Shown one piece after another: positions 18,453 through 28,914 of a DNA stretch of 64,000 nt. The stretch comes from Longimicrobiales bacterium (GTDB lineage Bacteria > Gemmatimonadota > Gemmatimonadetes > Longimicrobiales > Gaopeijiaceae): positions 896,001 through 960,000 of the forward strand of contig CBDFIQ010000002.1 in the NCBI GenBank assembly GCA_965248195.1, written 5' to 3'. The position numbers were made by a program, and so were the translations under genes. The notes beneath the pieces are model-generated. The model was given only the letters and a program-made list of their open reading frames with translations. It was not told the origin of the DNA and did no database searches. Position 1 is the stretch's first letter. Each line of letters opens with the position of its first letter.

Positions 18453-19601
18453 CGCCGAGAACTCCTCCCAGGCCGCTTCCATGAATCCGCCCAGCTCTTC
18501 ACGGAAGCGTTCGGGACCAAAGCGCTCAGCATTGAGCCTGCAGTTCGCGGCACAGACTCGCCCCGGATCCTCTTCCAGCGTTCGGATCGCTTCCCGCAAC
18601 GCAGTTACCGATCGCTCCTTGAAGAAGACACCAGAGGGTGCCGGATCATCGAGACCCCGTATCGTCTCCAGAGCCGCGCCTCGTCCATAGGCCACGACCG
18701 GTGTGCCGCAGGCCTGAGCTTCGAGGGGAGCGATCCCGAAATCCTCTTCGGCTGCGAATATGAAACCGCGGGCAGTTTGTAAGTGACTCCACAATACCGA
18801 GAACGGCTGTCGGCCAAGGTAGCGGACATTCGAAGGGAGATCCTTCAGGAGTTGCTTACGCATCGGGCCATCGCCGATCACCACAAGTCGCCGCTCAGGC
18901 ATCTCTCGAAACACCTCCACCAGGAACCCGACTCGTTTGTAAGGTGCTAGGCGTCCCGCCGTAACGTAGAAATCACCTCGAGCTGCCTCCTCACCCGGTA
19001 CGAATGATGATATGTCAACCGGTGGGTAGATCACCGTTGAGTTGCGTCCGTACGCTTTGGTGATCCTGCTCGAGATGAACTCGGAGATCGCGATGAAGTG
19101 GTCCACACCGTTCGCTGTCCTGGCGTCCCAGATCCTGATTCTGTGGAGAAGGCTCCGGGCGAGCATCCCGCGTAGCCCACGGTCGAGGCCGGCCTCCTTC
19201 AGGTACTGATCCTGGAGATCCCATGCATACCGGATTGGGGAAAGGCAAATGCAGACGTGTAGCTGCTCAGGACCCGTTAGCACTCCCTTCGCAACCGCAT
19301 GCGAATTCGAAATCACGAGGTCATACTCACGGAGATCGAACTGCTCGATGGCAAATGGCATTAACGGTAGGTAGCTTCTATAGTGCCTCTTGGCGAAGGG
19401 CATCCGCTGCAGGAAGGAGTGATGCGTGGGCCGCCCCTCGAGAAGCCGTCGGTCCTCCGGGTCCAGAAAGTCCACGAGGGTATAGACGTCGGCCTGGGGA
19501 AACACCTTTAGGGTGTGCTCCAGGACCCGTTCTGCACCTGCATAGGTCACAAGCCAGTCGTGAACGAGTGCAACCCGAAGTGAGGCCATTGGCGATTTCA
19601 T
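18435..19601 (-). CDS. Glycosyltransferase family 4 (WbaZ-like mannosyltransferase)
   Basis: VALVHDWL, GAERV, SHAVAKG, EEDFGIAPLEAQACG. Confidence 0.9.
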   Translation of the reverse strand: MKSPMASLRVALVHDWLVTYAGAERVLEHTLKVFPQADVYTLVDFLDPEDRRLLEGRPTHHSFLQRMPFAKRHYRSYLPLMPFAIEQFDLREYDLVISNSHAVAKGVLTGPEQLHVCICLSPIRYAWDLQDQYLKEAGLDRGLRGMLARSLLHRIRIWDARTANGVDHFIAISEFISSRITKAYGRNSTVIYPPVDISSFVPGEEAARGDFYVTAGRLAPYKRVGFLVEVFREMPERRLVVIGDGPMRKQLLKDLPSNVRYLGRQPFSVLWSHLQTARGFIFAAEEDFGIAPLEAQACGTPVVAYGRGAALETIRGLDDPAPSGVFFKERSVTALREAIRTLEEDPGRVCAANCRLNAERFGPERFREELGGFMEAAWEEFSASLSRP

Positions 19602-19743
19602 CCTGAGCCCTCCGGCTTGGAACTGCGGAAGAGGGGAGTGTTTCGGATCCCTAGCCCCCACCATATATTTTGCTCGAACGTGCCCTGGCAGGGGTCTTAT
19701 CTTGGACGTACCCGATCGAAAAGGTTGTCAAAACTAGTTGCCT

Positions 19744-20649
19744 ATGAACGAGACGCAATTCTCCCCCCAACCCCTTGTTACGAACGACTTCGCAAGCGTC
19801 GTGGCGGTCGTCTTGAACTGGTCCGCGGAAGAGCTCACCAGCGAGTGTATCGACTCGCTCGAGTGCTCCCAATATTCGCGCCTGCGCATCCTACTCATCG
19901 ACAACGGCTCTCCAGACGGCTCCGGCGAGCGGCTGCATGTTCGCTTCCCCACCATCCCCTACCTCCAGATGGGACGAAATCTGGGTTACGGCGTCGCAAA
20001 CAACCGAGGCATCGAATGGGCCCTGGCTCACGGCGCAGACTATGTCCTCGTCGTGAACAATGATGCGGTCGTGCTGCCCGGTGCTATTGGTCGCCTCGTG
20101 GACGCGGCAGAGTCGGGAAAGGACGTCGCGATCGTGGCACCGTTCATCGGGTATCACGATGATCCCGAAACTGGATGGTACGCGGGTGGCCAATTTAGCC
20201 GACTGCGTGGGCTCGGTGTGCACAGTGCCCCACGCCCCGCCGAAAGTCTGACGAAACCGGAGGAGATATCCTTCGCAACCGGATGCGTGTGTCTCATCTC
20301 AGCCCGGGCGATTCGAGACGTCGGAACTTTTGCTGAGGATTTTTTTGCCTACGTGGAAGATGCCGAGTTCTGTGTGAGGCTCAGGCGTGCCGGCTATCGG
20401 ATTCTTTTCGAGCCCAGGGCGAAAGCTCTTCATCATACGCCTCGCCTAGAAGACGATCCTGCTCCCTACAAGATTAGCCTCCGAGACAGAAACCGAAGGC
20501 GCGTCATGAGGCGCCATTTCGGCCCCTTGGTCCGGATCCCCTTCTTGGCGCGTTTTTACGTGACCCGGCTCCTCATGTTGATACGCTACAGCGCCCGCCT
20601 GGACTGGCCTCGTGCCGCTGCGGTCGTCCAGGGTATGGTGGAGCGTTGA
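19744..20649 (+). CDS. Glycosyltransferase family 2
   Basis: VVLNW, IDNGSPD, NLGYG, VVNND, FFAYVEDAE. Confidence 0.88.
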   Translation: MNETQFSPQPLVTNDFASVVAVVLNWSAEELTSECIDSLECSQYSRLRILLIDNGSPDGSGERLHVRFPTIPYLQMGRNLGYGVANNRGIEWALAHGADYVLVVNNDAVVLPGAIGRLVDAAESGKDVAIVAPFIGYHDDPETGWYAGGQFSRLRGLGVHSAPRPAESLTKPEEISFATGCVCLISARAIRDVGTFAEDFFAYVEDAEFCVRLRRAGYRILFEPRAKALHHTPRLEDDPAPYKISLRDRNRRRVMRRHFGPLVRIPFLARFYVTRLLMLIRYSARLDWPRAAAVVQGMVER

Positions 20650-20686
20650 TGGGAGGGGAGGAGTCGCACCCGGGTGAGCTCGCCGC

Positions 20687-21799
20687 ATGAAAATTCTAAT
20701 AGACGTGCGACTGCTGAACGGGGGTGGAATCGGTCGCTTTATCCGTGAGGTCAGTCAACGGTGGCTCCAGGACTCCCGTGTTAGCGAGATCCACTTTCTT
20801 GGATCCCGTTCCGAGATTGCGAGGTGGCTTCCCAAGGTGGACCCTCGTGGTATTGGCACCATAGTTCGGTGGCCGGGTTCAGCCTATTCCCTCGCCCGGC
20901 AGATCGCGTGGCCCCGCGTCTTTTCCAGGCTGAGCAAGAGGGTAGACGTTTGTCTCTTTCCCCACTACAACGTTCCGATTCTCGGCCACCCCGCCCGTTC
21001 GGTGGTGATCGTATATGATTTGATCCATTTTCGCTTCCCGTCCGGGTTCCCGCTGCGAGTGAGAATTCCCGGGAGTTTCTTGATGAGATCTGCGCTTCAG
21101 AAGGCCAGTCGCCTCGTTACAATATCACAACACTGCCGTGATGATATTATCCGCTGGAAACCGAACACGGCCGATAAGCTCTCGGTCATCATGCCGGGCT
21201 TGAGCGAGGTCTTCCACCCTCTGGAGGAAGGAGAACGTGAGGACGCTCGGCACCGTTGGGGAGGGCTGCAGCCCTTCCTGATGACGGTAGGGCCGGCCAA
21301 AGCGCACAAGAACCTGGAGTTGGCGGTCGAGGTGCTTGCGAAGGTCCGGCGGGTTCAGCCCGACCTGAGACTCATCATGGTGGGGGCTGCGGGACGGGGA
21401 CTCCGGGACCTTTACCGGAGGGCTGCCGCGTTGGGTGTGGAGGACGCCGTAGTCGGCCTCGGGTTCCTAAGGGATGAGTATCTCCGTGAGTTGTACTGTA
21501 TGGCTGACGCGGTCCTGTTCCCTTCCAAGTACGAGGGGTTTGGTATTCCGCCGCTCGAAGCCATGGCGTGCGGCTGTCCGGTGGTCGCTTCGAGTCTGAC
21601 GGCGATTCCGGAAGCTGTGGGAGAAGCCGGCTGGCTCGTGGATCCTGAGAACAAAGAGGAGTGGGTGCGGGCGGTGACGGAAACCGTCGTCGGTTCACGG
21701 GTGCAGAATTTGAAGGCTGGCCGCCTTTGGGCATCGGGATTCTCTTGGGATCAGACGGCTGACGAGTTGCTCGGAGTGGTTGCGGCGGTGGCGGTGTGA
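20687..21799 (+). CDS. Glycosyltransferase family 4 (group 1)
   Basis: [29 protein letters not shown]. Confidence 0.9.
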   Translation: MKILIDVRLLNGGGIGRFIREVSQRWLQDSRVSEIHFLGSRSEIARWLPKVDPRGIGTIVRWPGSAYSLARQIAWPRVFSRLSKRVDVCLFPHYNVPILGHPARSVVIVYDLIHFRFPSGFPLRVRIPGSFLMRSALQKASRLVTISQHCRDDIIRWKPNTADKLSVIMPGLSEVFHPLEEGEREDARHRWGGLQPFLMTVGPAKAHKNLELAVEVLAKVRRVQPDLRLIMVGAAGRGLRDLYRRAAALGVEDAVVGLGFLRDEYLRELYCMADAVLFPSKYEGFGIPPLEAMACGCPVVASSLTAIPEAVGEAGWLVDPENKEEWVRAVTETVVGSRVQNLKAGRLWASGFSWDQTADELLGVVAAVAV

Positions 21800-22015
21800 A
21801 ATCGTAGCCGCAGGCCAGGCAGGAGTGGGAAGCCCGCCAGCGAACACCGAGTCGCGCACGGGAAGTGGCCTGGCGGAGGTCGTTCTGAGTCAATAAGGTA
21901 ACCCGCTAGAACAGATGACGTAGCCGGTGTGCTCGACCCTATGCGCCGGTGCGGGGTCGCGGCATCGACCCCCCTCACGACGCCTGCCTCCGACAAACGA
22001 CAAGGAGTATCTGAG

Positions 22016-23992
22016 TTGAGCGACCCACAACGCTGGCGGACACGCGCGGTGAGGGTGCATCACCGCCTCGCGCATTACCGCCGAGGGGTGGCGCTACTGG
22101 TCTATGCGTCGCTGATTTTGGCTGCGACCGCCCTGGCGTCGGCGTTCTCGGTCGGCTTGGACTTCCGGGCGGTGGTTTGGACGGACGCGGTCCTGCTGGG
22201 TTGCCTCTTGGTACTGGTGCGACTCCCACTCTATTTGCGGTTACGGCTCGGCATCGGACGATGGCGGTTCGTGGGGGTGGGGGAGGTGATTCGGCTCGCC
22301 GGAGCGACCGTTCTGGGATCGATCATGGTAGGCGCCCTGGCTATCACGCTCCCAGGGCTCGAGGCGACGGCGTCGGTCATGCTTCTCGAGATCGTCCTTT
22401 CAGTGACGCTCATAGCGGGTGTTTGGATTTCCTATCGGGCCCTCTTTGAGTACGGCCGACGGCTCTCAGGATTGAATGGGCACGGCTCAGGACCGGGCCA
22501 CGCCAAGCACCGACGCATCGTGGTTGCCGGTGCCGGTGAGGCCGGCCGAATGATCGTGCACCAGATGCTAAGGTCCGGACAGAAGGTGACGATCATCGGC
22601 TTCGTGGACGACGATCCCCTGAGGTGGGGAACGGCCATCCACGGAAAAGAGGTCATCGGGTCTGTCGAGGAGCTCCCCGCCATCGTGGAGTACGAGCGGG
22701 TGGATGAGCTCCTCATCGCGATGCCCACCGCGAAGCCAGGAGAGCTACGCCGCATCGTAGACGTCTGCAGTGAGATCGACATCGAGTTTCGTTTGGTGCC
22801 GGGACTCGACGAGGTGCTGAGGGGGGCTGTATCGCTAGACCAGATCCGGGAGATCCGCATCGACGACCTCCTGGGGCGCGACCCGATCCAGTTGGAGTTG
22901 CCCGAGCTGGAGGCGGAGCTCAGGGGGAAAACGGTTCTCATCACCGGGGCGGCGGGATCCATCGGATCGGAGTTGGCTCGCCAGATCGTGCTCCACCACC
23001 CTCGGGAGCTCATCCTCCTGGACCAGGCCGAGAGCCCACTTTTTTTTATTGAGCGGGAGCTGGTGGACAAGAAGTCTGACACGCGCATCGTGCCCGTGAT
23101 CGCGGACATTCTGGATCGTGAAGAGATGCGGATGGTGTTCGATCAGTGGAGCCCCGACCGGGTCTACCACGCCGCCGCCTACAAGCATGTTCCCATGATG
23201 GAGTGCAACGTCCGACAGGCCGTTCGCAACAACGTCCTGGGCACCTGGCAGGTGGCCGAAGTGGCCGCAGAGTCAGGCGCCGAGAAGTTCGTTCTTATTT
23301 CCTCGGACAAGGCCGTCCGCCCTTCGTCCATCATGGGCGCCACCAAGCGATTGGCGGAACTGCTCATCCTGGCGTTCGCCAGGCGGTACCCCCACACCGG
23401 CTGGCACGTCGTCCGGTTCGGGAATGTGCTCGGAAGCGCGGGCAGCGTGGTCCCGATCTTCCGACGGCAGATTAAGGATGGCCAGCCTCTCACGGTGACG
23501 CACGAAGATGTGACGCGCTACTTCATGACCATCCCCGAGGCGGTGCAGCTCGTCCTCCAGTCCTCGCTGCTCCCAGAGGCCTGCGGGAATATCACCATGC
23601 TGGAGATGGGCGAGCCGGTGAAGATCCTGGACCTGGCTCGGAGCATGATCCGGCCGTCCGGCCGCACCGAGGGGTACGACGCCACCATCGAGATCACGGG
23701 GATGCGCCCGGGAGAGAAGCTACACGAGGAGCTGGCGGCGCCGGAGGAGAGACCCGAGCCCACCGGCATCGAGAAGGTGATGGTCCTGCGCAACGGAAAC
23801 ATGGGGGTCGCCCTGAGCGAGGCGGAGGAGATGATCCGCAACCTCTGGTCCGAGGTGAGCGGCATGGATGACGACGCACTCCGTAGCTGGCTGCTAAGGG
23901 TGCCCGGCGTGGTGCTCGAGGCTGGGTGGCGGCAAGAGCATGGGTGGCGTCGGGTGGAGAGGATGCGGTCGGGGGATCTGACCGGAGATTGA
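22016..23992 (+). CDS. CapD/WbpM-family 4,6-dehydratase, paralogue 2
   Basis: Same motif set as 14232; TTG start after AAGGAG (start uncertain). Confidence 0.9.
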   Translation: MSDPQRWRTRAVRVHHRLAHYRRGVALLVYASLILAATALASAFSVGLDFRAVVWTDAVLLGCLLVLVRLPLYLRLRLGIGRWRFVGVGEVIRLAGATVLGSIMVGALAITLPGLEATASVMLLEIVLSVTLIAGVWISYRALFEYGRRLSGLNGHGSGPGHAKHRRIVVAGAGEAGRMIVHQMLRSGQKVTIIGFVDDDPLRWGTAIHGKEVIGSVEELPAIVEYERVDELLIAMPTAKPGELRRIVDVCSEIDIEFRLVPGLDEVLRGAVSLDQIREIRIDDLLGRDPIQLELPELEAELRGKTVLITGAAGSIGSELARQIVLHHPRELILLDQAESPLFFIERELVDKKSDTRIVPVIADILDREEMRMVFDQWSPDRVYHAAAYKHVPMMECNVRQAVRNNVLGTWQVAEVAAESGAEKFVLISSDKAVRPSSIMGATKRLAELLILAFARRYPHTGWHVVRFGNVLGSAGSVVPIFRRQIKDGQPLTVTHEDVTRYFMTIPEAVQLVLQSSLLPEACGNITMLEMGEPVKILDLARSMIRPSGRTEGYDATIEITGMRPGEKLHEELAAPEERPEPTGIEKVMVLRNGNMGVALSEAEEMIRNLWSEVSGMDDDALRSWLLRVPGVVLEAGWRQEHGWRRVERMRSGDLTGD

Positions 23993-24038
23993 AACCCGCC
24001 TGTGCCATCCACGGTGCGTCGCATAGCTTCATGCCCAC

Positions 24039-25358
24039 ATGGAAGAACCGAACGAGAGATCTCCCGACCGCTACGGAACCCTGCTCGCGGAAGTCAAGGG
24101 GAGCGGCATGGCGGCGAACGCTACGGCCCTCTACGCCGCCCATATCGCCGGACTGGTCGTACCGCTTTTGACGATCCCCTATCTGGCCCGGGTCCTTCGC
24201 CCGACAGGTTGGGGCGTCGTCGTGTTCGCCCAATCGTTCGGGGCGTGGTTGGCCCTCGTCATGGAGTATGGCTTCGATCTGTCAGGTACGCGGGCCGTGG
24301 CTCGGGTCGGCGCAGACCGATCGCGGCTCTCGGAACTGGTGGCGGGCGTGCAGGGGGCCAAGTTCCTGATCCTCTTGTGCGTATCGGCTGGCCTGATCGT
24401 CGTGTACCTGGCCGTTCCGGCGTTTCAGCGAGAGCCTGCCTTTCTATTCTGGGCCGGTGCCTTCGCCGTGGCCCGCGGCCTCAACCCGAACTGGTATTTC
24501 TTGGGCTTGGAACGCATGCGAGCACCCTCGGCCATGGATGCCGGAGCCAAGGTCCTGGCTGCGCTAGGGGTGTTCATTTGGGTCAAGACCCCAGAGCACG
24601 GATGGCGGGTTTTGGCCCTCCAGGCCATCGCGGCGACGGTAGCCCTGGTTTGGCTGACCGTCTGGATGTACAGGGAGATCCCCCTGCGGCGACCCCGACT
24701 CGCTCACGCCATTCAGACTTTGAGAGATTCCGCAGGGGTGTTTGTTTTCCGGGCCTCATCAGGCCTCTATCTTCAAGCCAACGCGTTCGTGCTTGGACTG
24801 CTCGCTACTCCCCAAGTCGTCGCATTCTTCGGGGGAGCGGAGAGGATCATCCGGGCTGCCATCAACCTTCTCCATCCCCTCTCCCAGACGCTGTTTCCGC
24901 GCATGAGCCATCTGGCCGTCACGGACGCCAGGCGTGCCCGCCGGCTCCTGACGGCGGGTCTAGTCGGTCTCGGAGGATTGGGGATCTTGTCTGGAGTCGC
25001 GGCCGCCGTCTGGGCGCCCTTTCTGGTGAGGGTGATCCTCGGTCCGGGATACGAGGCAGCCATTCCAGTGCTCAGGATCTTGTCGATCCTTCCTCCGACC
25101 ATCGCCCTGGGCACGTTGCTCGGAATTCAGTGGGCTCTCCCCATGGGCCTGGAGAGACCCTTTTACCTGTTCGTGCTGTCGGCCGGTATGCTCAACGTTC
25201 TCCTGGCGGTGTTCCTCGTGCCTCGTTACGAAGCCATGGGCATGGCCATTTCCGTCATGGTGGCCGAGATCTTCGTGACAGGCTGTCTGGTGGCCCTCTT
25301 CAAGAAGAAGGGCGGATCTTTCGGGTCGCTTCGGCCCAGGCGAGAGATGAAGGCATGA
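24039..25358 (+). CDS. wzx: Wzx-type oligosaccharide flippase
   Basis: PLLTIPYLARVL...EYGFDLSGTR N-terminal motif; many TM segments. Confidence 0.88.
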   Translation: MEEPNERSPDRYGTLLAEVKGSGMAANATALYAAHIAGLVVPLLTIPYLARVLRPTGWGVVVFAQSFGAWLALVMEYGFDLSGTRAVARVGADRSRLSELVAGVQGAKFLILLCVSAGLIVVYLAVPAFQREPAFLFWAGAFAVARGLNPNWYFLGLERMRAPSAMDAGAKVLAALGVFIWVKTPEHGWRVLALQAIAATVALVWLTVWMYREIPLRRPRLAHAIQTLRDSAGVFVFRASSGLYLQANAFVLGLLATPQVVAFFGGAERIIRAAINLLHPLSQTLFPRMSHLAVTDARRARRLLTAGLVGLGGLGILSGVAAAVWAPFLVRVILGPGYEAAIPVLRILSILPPTIALGTLLGIQWALPMGLERPFYLFVLSAGMLNVLLAVFLVPRYEAMGMAISVMVAEIFVTGCLVALFKKKGGSFGSLRPRREMKA

Positions 25359-26311
25359 CTCGCTCAATGACGGTGGATATCGTTCTCTGCGTATACAACG
25401 GAGAGCGATTCATCGCCGAACAGATCCGGAGCATTCAGAGCCAAACGCACCAGGACTGGCGCCTCTGGATCAGAGACGACGGTTCTTCGGACGACAGTCT
25501 GAAGGTCGTGCGGCAAATGGCCGGGGAGGATGACCGAATTCATCCATTTCCGCGCGACGGACACCGCCTCGGCGCGGGCCCCGGTTTTGGATGGCTCCTG
25601 GAGCACCTCCCGGGTGAGGCTCGTTACGTGTTCTTCTCGGATGCAGACGACGTCTGGCTACCCGAGAAAATAGAGCGGTCGCTGGCTGCCATGCTCCGGG
25701 CCGAGTCGCACCCCGGGGCCGTCCTCATTCACACGGATTTGGTGGTCGTGGACGAGCGACTTCAGACCATCCGGGGCTCCCTATGGCGCCACCTTCGTAT
25801 CAGGCCTGAGCCCGTCTCCCTGTGCCGCCTCCTCACTCATAATGTCGTGACGGGCCCTACCATGCTGATCAACCGCCCCCTTCTCGAGCTGGTCCGCCCG
25901 ATCCCGGAAGGCGCCGCCTACCAAGATACGTGGATCGCCCTGGTCGCGGCCGCCTTCGGACGCACGGTCGCGCTGTATGAATCGACTGTTCTATACCGTC
26001 GACACGAGTCGAGCAGCACCGGAAGGGATCGCGACCGCCCGCAGAATCTGCCGCGGATAGTCGCGACGGCAATCCGGACCAGAGGTCGAAGCGAGGAGAT
26101 CCGCCGCTGGCTTCAGGCCACTGCCAGTCAAGCCGAGGCGTTCCTCGTCCGATACCGCCCTCTACTTTCCGATAAGGACCAACGACTCCTCCGGGAGTAC
26201 TCCGAGATTCCGGGCCTGGGCTTCTTGTCGCGGAAGCTCCGTGTCCTGCGCAACCGGTCGCTGGGAGCCCAAGGCTGGGCCCGGCACGCCGCCTTTCTCA
26301 TTGGAGCCTGA
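25355..26311 (+). CDS. Glycosyltransferase family 2 (rhamnosyltransferase-like)
   Basis: YNGERFIAEQIRSI, RDDGSSD, FSDADDVWLPEKI, YRRH; ATGA overlap with wzx. Confidence 0.9.
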   Translation: MTRSMTVDIVLCVYNGERFIAEQIRSIQSQTHQDWRLWIRDDGSSDDSLKVVRQMAGEDDRIHPFPRDGHRLGAGPGFGWLLEHLPGEARYVFFSDADDVWLPEKIERSLAAMLRAESHPGAVLIHTDLVVVDERLQTIRGSLWRHLRIRPEPVSLCRLLTHNVVTGPTMLINRPLLELVRPIPEGAAYQDTWIALVAAAFGRTVALYESTVLYRRHESSSTGRDRDRPQNLPRIVATAIRTRGRSEEIRRWLQATASQAEAFLVRYRPLLSDKDQRLLREYSEIPGLGFLSRKLRVLRNRSLGAQGWARHAAFLIGA

Positions 26312-26326
26312 GGAGCGTATGGGTGC

Positions 26327-27637
26327 ATGGTGAGAGAGGCGACCCATCCGGCCGGCGTGAACGTGTCGACGTACCTTCTTGTGGCTTGGGTAGCTCTGCT
26401 GGGCGCCGACCGAATCGATCTGCTCGGGGGAGAAGCGGATTTTATTCTCACACCTTACCTCACCCTGACTCCGCTCTATCTGGTCCTGGAAACGGTCCTG
26501 ATGGCCGTACAGCGGAACCGCTTGGCGGTGCCGCCCGCGACCGGAGCCTACTCCCTCGTGCTGCTCCTCTTCATGTCCGTCGTGCTACTCTCGACCCTGC
26601 TGGGTCTGGACGTCCCAACGTCGGCCCGCCGCTCGATCCTTCTCTTGGCCTTGTCGGGCGGGACGCTCCTGGTCGCGCTGTTCACCACAGGACGACCGAC
26701 TCTGGGGCCGGCACTCGCCTTGGGAGCGGAGCTTGGGCTGGGTCTGGCGGTCCTCTTCAGCGTGGCCCAGGTCATAACGTTCTTCTCCCCTGAAGCCGAT
26801 GTATTACGATTAGGACCTGTTTCCATTGGGCTGGAGCCCATGACATATGGGGGGATCATTCCTCGGCTCACCGGGCAGGTCGCCGATGCCAACCGCGCCG
26901 GGCTTCTCTTTCTCTTCTACCTGTTTGCCCTGGCCCAGTGGGGTACCCCCGGGGCTCGGCGCGGGGGCTGGATCGTCGTCGCAAGCATACTGATCCTGTT
27001 GACGCTGTCTCGTTCCGCCATTTTCGCGGCTCTGAGCGTCGGCCTGGTCGCCGCCCTCTCGCACGGGGGAGGCCGGATATCCCGCGGCGCGCTGGTGACG
27101 ACGACTTGCAGCGTCAGCGTGATCACCGCGCTCTTGCTCATCAGTCCGAACGTCCGAACGGACGTCGGGCGAGCACTGGCGCCCCTGGGTACCCGTTTTA
27201 GCCTTCAGGAGGGCTCCGTTCGCGACCATACCCGCCTGTTGGAGCGCGGAGTGCGCGAGGCCACGGGATCAGTGCGACGGGCCGCTTTGGGGGTCGGATA
27301 CGGAGACTCCTTCCTGCTCCTTCAGGACGTGTTTCCCGGCAACAAATACGGGAATTTTCATTCCCTTTACATGACCTTGATGGTGGAATCCGGCATATTC
27401 GCTCTGATGTTGTCTCTGGTGCTTCTGGGTGTTCCATTAATTCATGGAGGGCAGCTCCGACCGATGATCGCGGGCCTTGTGGCGTTCAATCTTTTCTACC
27501 AAGCGTTGTCCGAGCCATTGTTCTGGTTCGTCTTGGCACTGGCGTGGTTGTTACTTCCACCGTCTGTGTCGGCCAGGAGCGATGCTCGGTCGGCAAGCCC
27601 GAGTCCGAAGCGAACGCAGGAGGTGCCAGTTGAGTGA
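26327..27637 (+). CDS. Wzy polymerase / O-antigen ligase family membrane protein
   Basis: Multi-TM; DANR, TLSRSA, GVGYG, FHSLYMTLMVESG (Wzy_C-like). Confidence 0.78.
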   Translation: MVREATHPAGVNVSTYLLVAWVALLGADRIDLLGGEADFILTPYLTLTPLYLVLETVLMAVQRNRLAVPPATGAYSLVLLLFMSVVLLSTLLGLDVPTSARRSILLLALSGGTLLVALFTTGRPTLGPALALGAELGLGLAVLFSVAQVITFFSPEADVLRLGPVSIGLEPMTYGGIIPRLTGQVADANRAGLLFLFYLFALAQWGTPGARRGGWIVVASILILLTLSRSAIFAALSVGLVAALSHGGGRISRGALVTTTCSVSVITALLLISPNVRTDVGRALAPLGTRFSLQEGSVRDHTRLLERGVREATGSVRRAALGVGYGDSFLLLQDVFPGNKYGNFHSLYMTLMVESGIFALMLSLVLLGVPLIHGGQLRPMIAGLVAFNLFYQALSEPLFWFVLALAWLLLPPSVSARSDARSASPSPKRTQEVPVE

Positions 27638-28886
27638 GACCGAGCCGATGCTCTGGATCGGTGACGTCGACAGAGGGCGGTTCTGCGTTCGCTTCATGAT
27701 CGGATTGACGCTCGGCTCAATGGGGTCCGCGGCGTGTGCCGACCGCATATTCGAGGTTGCCGAATACGCCAGCGTAACTGTAGATGTGACCCGTCTGTCC
27801 GGGGAACCCGTCGCCGGGGTTCATCTCGATCTCTACATCGGGGACGCGAGCATGGCAATCGCCAAGACGGACGAGGCCGGCCGTTACGTCTTCGATTTCG
27901 TCCCACCCAATATTTACGGCCTCTACGCGGAGCCGCCGACCGGGTACGTTCGGCTGGAGGAGCTCTTGGACGTCCCCATAAGCGCTTTCGTCACCGGGAT
28001 CGTGATTGAGCAGGGTGACCGGAAGAACTTCACCTTCACCTACTTTAAGGTCGGACCCGGGAGGATTGAGGTCACGGTCACCGAGCCCGATGGTATTCCC
28101 GTCGAAGGGGCCCGCATATTCCTGTCCTCACCCTTCGAGGTAGTGGAGGAGGAGGTCACGGGCCCCACCGGGAGGATCACCTTCGACCCCGTGCATTTCG
28201 GAAACTGGGGTGTCCATGTGGCTCCGCCGGATTTCTACGGCGATGCTGCCGAGCCGGACCCGTTCCAGCACGGGATCATCATCGAGGATGGATCAGTCGC
28301 GGAAACGATCTTCAGGCTGGAGCGCTGTGAAGGAGATCTAACGGTCCGTGTCCTGGACGAGTCTGGTGGGTCGGTGGCGGACCATCCCCTGATTGTTTAC
28401 CGGTCTTCCGGCATAGTCGAGGAGGGCCGTACCGGAGGCGGTGGCGAACGGACCTTCGGACCTCTGCCGTGTCGGAGCTTCGGCATTGCCCTCGTTCGAT
28501 TTCCTGGGTGGAACTTCGAAGAGGGGAGGGGCACCAGCTTCATCGACGGCATCCAGGTGACGAGTGGCAGCTCTCAGGCCTTTACCTTTTACGTGGAGCG
28601 TTGCCTAGCGAGCATCCGGGCCTCTGTGGTGGACGGCGCCGGGGCGTCGGTGGCCGGAGCGTCCTTGGCCCTCTTCACGTCTCTGGAGGAAGTGATCCGG
28701 CGAGAGACGGACGCCAGCGGGGCCGTCGTCTTCACGGAAGTCGGCTGCGGTATCGAGTACGGGGTGAAAGTCATTCCACCAGCGGGCTACACCGTGGAGG
28801 AAGGGCGGGGCTCGAGCTTCTTCGATGGACTGTTTCCGTCAAAGGGGGAGGAGCTCGTGGTCACCTTTCGGGTGGATCGCTCCTGA
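27630..28886 (+). CDS. Probable lipoprotein with four carboxypeptidase-regulatory-like beta-sandwich repeats
   Basis: GSAAC lipobox-like motif; repeated G.PV.GA....TD..G units; EEGRGxSFxDG twice; AGGAGG before TTG. Confidence 0.6.
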   Translation: MSETEPMLWIGDVDRGRFCVRFMIGLTLGSMGSAACADRIFEVAEYASVTVDVTRLSGEPVAGVHLDLYIGDASMAIAKTDEAGRYVFDFVPPNIYGLYAEPPTGYVRLEELLDVPISAFVTGIVIEQGDRKNFTFTYFKVGPGRIEVTVTEPDGIPVEGARIFLSSPFEVVEEEVTGPTGRITFDPVHFGNWGVHVAPPDFYGDAAEPDPFQHGIIIEDGSVAETIFRLERCEGDLTVRVLDESGGSVADHPLIVYRSSGIVEEGRTGGGGERTFGPLPCRSFGIALVRFPGWNFEEGRGTSFIDGIQVTSGSSQAFTFYVERCLASIRASVVDGAGASVAGASLALFTSLEEVIRRETDASGAVVFTEVGCGIEYGVKVIPPAGYTVEEGRGSSFFDGLFPSKGEELVVTFRVDRS

Positions 28887-28914
28887 GCCCTTGCCCCGTT
28901 GCCAAAGTGTCTCG

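Noticed and set aside
24002..25354. 769-aa ORF suggesting a large fusion GT2
   Set aside because: The N-terminal part is an alternative frame of wzx; the real GT2 starts at 25355.
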